A DNA stretch of 64,000 bases, from positions 7,192,001 to 7,256,000 of the forward strand of contig OX597827.1 of the NCBI GenBank assembly GCA_951406725.2, given 5' to 3'. Below, in pieces: positions 56,020-64,000 of the stretch (positions are counted from its first letter, which is position 1; every line of letters begins with the position of its first letter). Origin of the DNA: Octopus vulgaris. Taxonomy: Eukaryota. The notes under the pieces are model-generated. The model had not been told where the DNA came from, did no database searches, and saw only the letters and a program-made list of their open reading frames with translations. A program made the translations under genes and the position numbers.

Positions 56020-57060
56020 TCAGTTAAGGGATATAGAGACTTTAGGAATAAATTTTCTGTAAAAATTAACTATCCCTAAAAATTCTCTGAGTTTCCTTAA
56101 AGTCTTCGGTACAGGAAATTTTTTAATAGCTTCAATTTTCTCTGGTAATGGTCGAATTCCATCTTTATCGATAAGATGACCCAGAAAAGATGTAGTGGGT
56201 TCACCAAAAGCACATTTCGATGGATTTATCACAATGCCGTAATTCTTCAATCTCTCGAAAATTTGTTTTAAATGGTCTTCATGTGCTTCTTCTGGTGGAC
56301 TAGCAATGAGAATATCATCTATATAAGCAAATACGGAAAGTAAATTTCTTGTTACTTCGTCCATAAATCTTTGGAAAGTGTTTGCTGCGTTCCTCAATCC
56401 GAAAGGCATGCGAAGAAATTCAAACAACCCAAATGGAGTGGTAATCGCTGTCTTCGGTATATCTTTTTCTGCAACAGGAATTTTATTGTATGTTCTGACT
56501 AAATCAATTTTTGAAAAAATAGTACAACCACTCAAAGAAGTTGCAAAATCCAAAATGTGTGGAATTAGGTATTTATCTGCTTTTGTTTTTGAATTAAGTT
56601 GCCTAAAATCTCCACAAGGCCGCCAGTCTACAAGATTTTTCTTTACCATAACTAATGGTGTTGACCAGCTACTACTGGAAGGACGGATTATACCGAGATC
56701 CATCATATGACGAAATTTGGACTTAGCCACCTTCAATTTTTCAGGAGATAATCTTGGCTTAGAAAAACTTGGTGGTCCTTTTGTGATGTTCTACCGAATG
56801 CACACACTTGGTATTTAGAGCTAACTGTTTCATGATATTCGGATAATTCTTCAAAATCCTGTGATATCTATTTTCCGAGGACGCTATGAAATACAATGGA
56901 CTAACTGTGGCTTTTCTGCATCTCATTCTTTGAATTTTTAATGAAGTTTCTGTGTCTATCAGTTTTTGTTTTTTAACATCTACCATTAAATGATAGTGTG
57001 CCAAAAACTCTGCCCCTAATATTGAGTATAGCAAATCTGCTACTATGAAGATCTACTATG
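56020..57060 (-). mobile_element. Ty3/Gypsy pol fragment (end of protease, RT), frameshifted and truncated
   Basis: [83 protein letters not shown]. No RNase H, integrase or LTR pair seen. Confidence 0.93.
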
Positions 57061-57081
57061 AAGATAACACATGTACTTCTC

Positions 57082-57172
57082 TTTACTTATAGTGACCAGG
57101 TTATTCCATTCCTTTACTTATAGTGACTAGGTTATTCCATTCCTTTACTTATAGTGACTAGGTTATTCCATT
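57082..57172. repeat. 31-bp tandem repeat x3
   Basis: TTTACTTATAGTGACYAGGTTATTCCATTCC. Confidence 0.9.
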
Positions 57173-57369
57173 TGTAAAGAATTTTAGTTGTCATGTGGGA
57201 GGGGTGTACCATTATTACTAATTCCCTACAGCAACCATTTACAGTCAAATATACATACATTTGCACACACTGCATTTTCATACATATAGACACATATGAG
57301 GTGCAGTGGTATCACTAGAAGACTAGCCGAGAGAGTAGCCTTTACATTAAACATCAGGAATGTACAAAA

Positions 57370-57930
57370 TGTCAGTGGGGGACACTTAAAAAGTAGCAGA
57401 CAGCTTCCATTACTTAGGTGTTTAAGTTAGCTGTGGTGGAGGTTGTTCCAAAAGCATAGCTGCTCGAATAGAATAGGCTGGGCAAAGTTCAGAGAGCTAC
57501 TACCTGTCTTAGTATAGAGGGGTCTCTCACTCAGAGTGAAAGTCAGATTGTATGATGCCTGTGTGTGAACAGCTATGCTACATAGCAGTGAAACTTGGGC
57601 TGTGACTGCTAAGGATGTGTGAATGCTTGAAAGAAATGAAACCAGTATGCTCTACTGGATGGGTAAAGTTAGCGTGCATATACACCTGGGTATACAGGGC
57701 ATCAGATGTAGTGTACAAGAGAGAAGACTGTTGTATGGTCATGTAATGTGTATGAATGAAAACAGTTGCATCAAGAAGTTCCAGGCTCTAAGTGTGGAGG
57801 GAACGTGTGGGAGAAGTAGACTCATGAAGATGTGAAATGAAGTGATGAGAAAGGATCTTCAGATGCTGGGCCTCACAGAGGGGATGATAAAGGACTGAGA
57901 CTTTGGGTGGTTTATTGTACTTGAGAAGTC
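57370..57930 (+). mobile_element. RTE-clade LINE remnant (RT C-terminus)
   Basis: Degenerate translation DSFHYLG, WAKFRELLP, LYDACV.TAMLHSSETWAVT, LERNETSML.WM; contains stops and frameshifts. Confidence 0.8.
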
Positions 57931-58239
57931 ATATCAAGCTAAGTTAATACATGGTTATCTTTGCAATCACGCATGTCCCCTGCATCCCTATTCAGTAGAG
58001 TATTCCTAATCGTGCAGGTGCTGTGCAAATCTTGAGGGCTCATGGGTGGGGCGCTGAACTGAATGACATTCCGTTGGTTATGATGAAGGCTCCAGTTGAT
58101 CCGTTCAATGGAAGAACCTGCTTCTAAAATTAACCAGCAAGTGGCTGAGCACTCCACAGACATGCGTATCATTAATGTACTTCTCATGGAGGTTCATTGT
58201 GACACACTGAATGTGACGAGGCTGGCCAAATTACAGATA

Positions 58240-58710
58240 TGAATGCCTTACTTCCCTGGGCATGGATACATTGAAACTCTGACGTCTGGCAGCTGACTTG
58301 GCAGACACCCATAAAATTATCAACCATCGTACAAACAATAACTCTGAGCACCTTTTCAAATTCCACCCATCTAACACCCGTGGACATATTTACAAAGTAA
58401 GAAAACAGCACAGCTCCCATGACTTCAGGAAACATTTTTTCACGCTGAGAGTTGCTGAAGCATGGAACAAACTGCCGGCATCAGTTGTTAGTTGTCGGAG
58501 CACTGCATCCTTCAAAACTTCCATGCTTTCTGAGATTCGCCAACACTACACCTGATTTTCTCCCCTCCATACACACACAAGCATGTATCTGACTCATGCA
58601 TTGTTCGCTTTCCAGACATTTCTACATTACTGCATGTACTTTATATGCACTTTCTGACAAGTTGTGGTGCACCTGAGCACTGTTTACAATAATTTCATTA
58701 TTATTATTTT
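58240..58710 (+). mobile_element. 5'-truncated CR1-group LINE 3' end with (ATT)n tail
   Basis: HKII..NTRGHIYKV..RKHFFTLRVAEAWNKLP..FK; 3' UTR ends CAATAATTTC(ATT)n. Confidence 0.88.
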
Positions 58711-59361
58711 ATATTCCTCATTTTTTGCCAACTGAGTGGACTGGAGTAATGATAAGTAAAGTGTCTTGCTCAAGGACACAACACGCAGCCTGTTTTCAAA
58801 CTCATGGCTGTATGAATGTGAGCTGAATGTCCTAACAAATGAGTCTTTTGCCTTCACCAGGACACTGGATCTCATGATAAATGTGACAAGAGACACAGGT
58901 GCCAGCACAGGTGTGTGGTCAAGAAGCTTGCTTTGCAATGATGTGGTTTCAGGTTCAGTCCCACCGAGTGGCACCTTTGGCACATCTTTTATCTTCTGGA
59001 ACAGCCTTGGACTGACCAGCTCCTTGTGAGTGAATTTTGGAGACAGAAACTGTGTGGAAAAATCACACACACATATGCACACACACACACATGCATACAC
59101 ACACAAACGCACACAAACACACACATGCATGCACAAACACACACACACACACACACATGCATGCACACACAAACACACAAACACACATGCATGCACACAC
59201 AAACACACAAACACACACACATGCACACACACACACACACAAACACACATATGCATGCACACACACACACAAACACACACATGCATGCATACACACACAC
59301 ACACACAAACACACACACAAACACACACATGCATGCATACACACACACACACACAAACACA

Positions 59362-59429
<68 letters not shown>

Positions 59430-60040
59430 AACACACACATGCATGCATACACACACACACACACAAACACACACACAAACACACACACACACACTATTTT
59501 ATTAATGCTGAAAAAAACTTCACATCGCCATTACTTAAAGTCTTGTGATTGTTCATCAGACAGGTGTGACAATACAGAATAATTCCATATTATCATGACT
59601 GTCTGAGAAATGGTCATGTGATACTGAATAATGGTTTTGTGAGGCTTTTTTTTTATCTTTAAAGAAATAGTGTATTACTCTGCCTATTCAGTACTATTTT
59701 TTTTCCCGCCTTGTTTTGCACCTATGTTTTTCCTTTTGTGTAAGTGTGTAAAAACTGAACCATGAACACACCCGAATGCATACCTGAAACACCTGAAACA
59801 CTTAAGATAAACCAATAAAATAGGCAAAAATAATAGATTATATACATTTATTTATCATATTCTTTTATTCTTTTATTTGTTTTAGTCATTTGACTGTGGC
59901 CATGCTGGAGCACCACTTTTAGTCGAGCAAATTGACCCCAGGACTTATTCTTTGTAAATGCTAAGTTACGGACACGTAAACACAGCAGCATCAGTTGTCA
60001 AGCGATGTTGGGGGGACAAACACAGACACATAAACATACG

Positions 60041-60082
<42 letters not shown>

Positions 60083-60506
60083 TATATATATATATATATA
60101 AATATGACAGGCTTCTTTCAGTTTCCGTCTATGAAATCCACTCACAAGGCTTTGGTCAGCCTGAAGCTTTCGTAGACATTTGCCCAAGGTGCCATGCAGT
60201 GGGACTGTAAGCAAGCTACCTACCACACAGCCACACATGCACCAATATCTTTACAGCTGTTTCAGATATGCACACAGGTGCATTCCTGGTCCAGTTTCCT
60301 CAGTCAGTTGACTGATTGGTTGAAAATATAGGGAACCACACTCCCAGTGGCACCTTCTTCAGGTGCAGATGTGACTGTGTAGTAAAAGAGTTTGTCTCCT
60401 AATCATATGGTTCCAGGTTCAGTCTCACTACATGCCACTTTGGGTAAGTTGTGAGTGGATTTGGTAGATGGAAACTGAAAGAAGCCCACATCTGTGTGTG
60501 TGTGTA

Positions 60507-60541
<35 letters not shown>

Positions 60542-60649
60542 GAATATATATATATGCATATTTTATATTAGTTTGATGGTCAGGAAGGATAGAAGTCTTT
60601 GATGTTTTGAGTCTATGCTCTTCGACTGAAAGGGATGAGAGGAGAAAGA

Positions 60650-60712
<63 letters not shown>

Positions 60713-61626
60713 GAAAACAATGTTTGACAACTGGTGTTGATTTGTTTGTCCCCATAGCTTAGTGGTTTGGCAAAAGAGACTGATATAATAAATAGTAAGC
60801 ATTACAACAATAAATGGGATTGATTTGTTTGACTAAAACTCTTAAAGGCAGTCACCAGCATGGCCACAGTCTAATGATTGTAACAGTAAAAGATAAAAGC
60901 TAAACGCTATGTGTGTTTATGTGTGTGAGTGTGACTTCACCCCCCTCACTTAACAACCAACATTGGTTTGTTTACATCCCCATAACTTAGCAGTTCAGCA
61001 AAAGAGACTGATAGAATAAGTGCCGGATTAAAAAAAAAAAAACGTACCGAGGCCGATTTGTTTGACTAAACATTCACTGCCCTATTTGTAATGCTATTGG
61101 TCCTCATCTATCTTCTAAATTGGATTCACTCTCTCACCATTGTTAGGTGGCTTCCTAGTCTCTTTTCTCTAAGTATTTTCATGGACATTGTTCAGCTGAG
61201 CTCTCTTCCTTGGTGCCTCCTTTAAGAACTTATCAGCGATCAACTAGACTTGCATCCAGTTCTCATCAGTATACTGTGCAACCTCCTAAGTGTCAGAAAG
61301 CACTTTACAGTACCAGTTTCTTCCCTCGCACCTCTGAACTTTAGAACTTTAGAATTCTCCTCTTCTTTTAACTCTAATGTACATCGTTACCTATTGACTT
61401 CTGTCTAGCATCCATTTTATTCTAGTAGCTCTTACGTTTTCAGTGATCTAAGGACCTTGTAATGAGTGAATGCTTTACCAAAAAAACCAAAGAAAAAGCC
61501 CAGAAAACTCTTCAAGATGTGTCCCAGTATGACCACAATCCAATGACAGAATCAAGTTTAAAATAATACAAAAAAATGCATCCATCTAAACCATACAAGC
61601 AGAAAAAACAGAAGCTTGTTAAAAAG

Positions 61627-61664
<38 letters not shown>

Positions 61665-61907
61665 TTAATAATGTTAAAAATGTATGCATGCTAATATCTT
61701 TTGCTGATGCTTATCATGAAAGGATATACACATGAGAGAGAAAAACCAATTAACTGGTGCTTTTCAATAAAAAAAAAATTCTCTTCTGTGACGTTTGTTT
61801 CTTTGTCACTCTGGCCATTGTAAATAGTGTGAATCAGTGATGAGCTTACTTTTTGATTTGTTCTGGCCATACTGGAGTACTGCTAGGAAGGGATTTGGTC
61901 AAATATA

Positions 61908-62313
61908 TATTTCTTTACTACTCACAAGGGGCTAAACACACTGGGGACAAACAAGGACAGACAAACGGATCGAGTCGGTTATATTGACCCCAGTGCATAA
62001 CTGGTACTTAATTTATTGACCCCGAAAGGATGAAAGGCAATTTTGACCTCGGCGGAATTTGAACTCAGAATGTAATGGCAGACGAAATACCTATTTCCTT
62101 ACTACCCACAAGGGGCTAAACACAGAGGGGACAAACAAGGACAGACAAACGGATTAAGTCGATTATATTGACCCCAGTGCGTAACTGGTACTTAATTTAT
62201 CGACCCCGAAAGGATGAAAGGTAAAGTTGACCTCGGCGGAATTCGAACTCAGAATGTAACGGCAGACGAAATACGGCTACACATTTCATCCGGCATGCTA
62301 ATGTTTCTGCCAG
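61908..62313 (-). mobile_element. SINE family B, dimer
   Basis: Reverse-complement copy with a duplicated 3' portion. Confidence 0.85.
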
Positions 62314-62705
62314 TACATATTTCTTAGTTTGGTACTTTTATTAATGTGTATTTGTCAATGGTGAAGGCGCATGGTTCAAGTGGTTAGGGTGCTGGGCTCA
62401 CAATTATGAGGTAGTGAGTTTGATTCCCAGACCAGGCTGTGTGTTGTGTTCTTGAGCAAGACACTTTATTTCATGTTGCTCCAGTTTACTCAACTGCAGA
62501 AATGATTTGCAACATCACAGGTGCCAAGTCATATCAACCTTTGCCCTTTCCCTTGGACAACATCAGGCTGGTATGCATGGGTGACTGTTGGCCTTCCATA
62601 AACAACTTTGCCCAGACTTGTGCCTTGGAAGGGAATTTTCTAGGTGCAATCCCATGGTCATTCATGATTGAAGGGGATCTTTATCCATTACCCATTATTT
62701 GTCAA

Positions 62706-63147
62706 TGGCTGTGTGGTAAGAAGCTTGCTTCCCAACCACATGGTTCCAGGTTCAGTCCCACAGTGTGGCACCTTGGACAAGTGTCTTCTACTGTAGCCTT
62801 AGGTTGACCAAAGCCTTGTGAGTTTATATAGCTGAGGGAAACTGAAAGAAGCCAGTAGTGTGTTTGTATGTATGTGTGTGTTTGTGTGTGTCTGTGTGTG
62901 TGTGTGCATTTGTGTTTGTGTCTGTGTTTTTCCCCCACCTCCACCGCTTGATGAGTGTTGATGTTTACATCCCCTGTAACTTAGCAAGAGTTTGGCAAAA
63001 GAGACCAATAGAATAAGTACCAGGCTTAAAAAAAGGGGGAAAAGAATAAGTACTGGGGTTGATTCCCTGAAATAAAAATTCTTCAAGTTGATGCTCCAGC
63101 ATGGCTACATTCTAATGACTGAAACAAATAAAAGATAAAAGATAAAC
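62706..63147 (+). mobile_element. SINE family A (diverged)
   Basis: Head, CORE-like segment and (GATAAAA)n tail. Confidence 0.8.
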
Positions 63148-63204
63148 CCAAATGCAGTTGTTTTTTTTAGTCTCAATATAAAGACTGCACAGGCTTCTAT
63201 TTTT

Positions 63205-63625
63205 AAAGGCGGTGAGCTGGCAGAATCGTTAGCACACCGGGTGAAACGCTTTGTGGTATTTCGTCTGCCGCTGCATTCTGAATTCAAATTCCACCGAGGT
63301 CGACTTTGCCTTTCATTCTTTCAGGGTCGATAAATGAAGCACCGGTTATGCACTGGGGTTGATGCAATCGACTTAATCCATTTGTCTGTCCTTGTTTGTC
63401 ACCTGTGTGTTTAGCCCCTTGTGGGTAGTAAAGAAATAGGTATTTCGTCTGCCGTTACGTTCTTAGTTCAATTTCCGCTGAGGTTGACTTTGCCTCTCAT
63501 CCTTTCAGGGGTTGATAAATGAAACACCGGTTATGCACTGGGGTCGATGTAATCAACTTAATCCGTTTGTCTGTTCTTGTTTGTACCCTCTGTGTGTAGC
63601 CCCTTGTGGGTAGTAAAGAAATAAG
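63205..63625 (+). mobile_element. SINE family B, dimer
   Basis: Full unit followed by a headless second unit starting GTATTTCGTCTGCC. Confidence 0.85.
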
Positions 63626-64000
63626 ATATAGAGAATAGCACATACAAACAGATGCTTATAGACACACACACACACGTGCATGTGTGTGTGAAAGTGCTCT
63701 GCACAGTTTCCATCTATGAATTTCAGTCATGAGGTGTAAGTTGGTTTAAGGTATTAGCACAAAATGCTACATGGTGGAACAACAGCCACGACCATGTGGT
63801 GGTTGTTGGGGGTGAACTTCTTAACTACAACTTTACAGCCAAGTGTTTGCTTTTATATGCTTGTTGGAAACCTGTAATGAAGGATGCTATTGTTCACAAA
63901 TGTGATATAACATAAATAATAAAAAAAAGGAGATAGATAAATAAATAAATAAATATATAGATAATATAAATAAACTGACTTTTCCTGTAACAGTAAATAA

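Overview
Eukaryotic, very AT-rich, microsatellite-dense DNA. The SINE repertoire and protocadherin style point to an octopus (coleoid cephalopod) genome; this is inference, no search was run. Only one host gene is supported: a minus-strand protocadherin with one large exon (signal peptide, 6 cadherin repeats, TM, proximal tail; 5634..3256) and a small second coding exon (789..630) that the ORF track does not join. Its splice acceptor and start codon are tandemly duplicated. The main feature of the window is a young ~9.6-kb Penelope-like retroelement (34345..43968) inserted in a (TA)n run. It has an RT plus C-terminal GIY-YIG ORF broken by one frameshift, two near-identical 2.95-kb direct pseudo-LTRs and a 1.09-kb inverted segment. 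It also carries three copies of a type I hammerhead ribozyme motif with an unusually long (~85 nt) stem II and a palindromic stem III. Further hammerhead-like motifs and a 14-nt micro-fragment of the same element's 3' end lie elsewhere in the window. The rest is nested mobile DNA: several tRNA-derived SINE families, four non-autonomous Helitrons with variable cargo, mariner, Gypsy, RTE, CR1 and Tx1-like remnants, and a 13/65-bp higher-order minisatellite.
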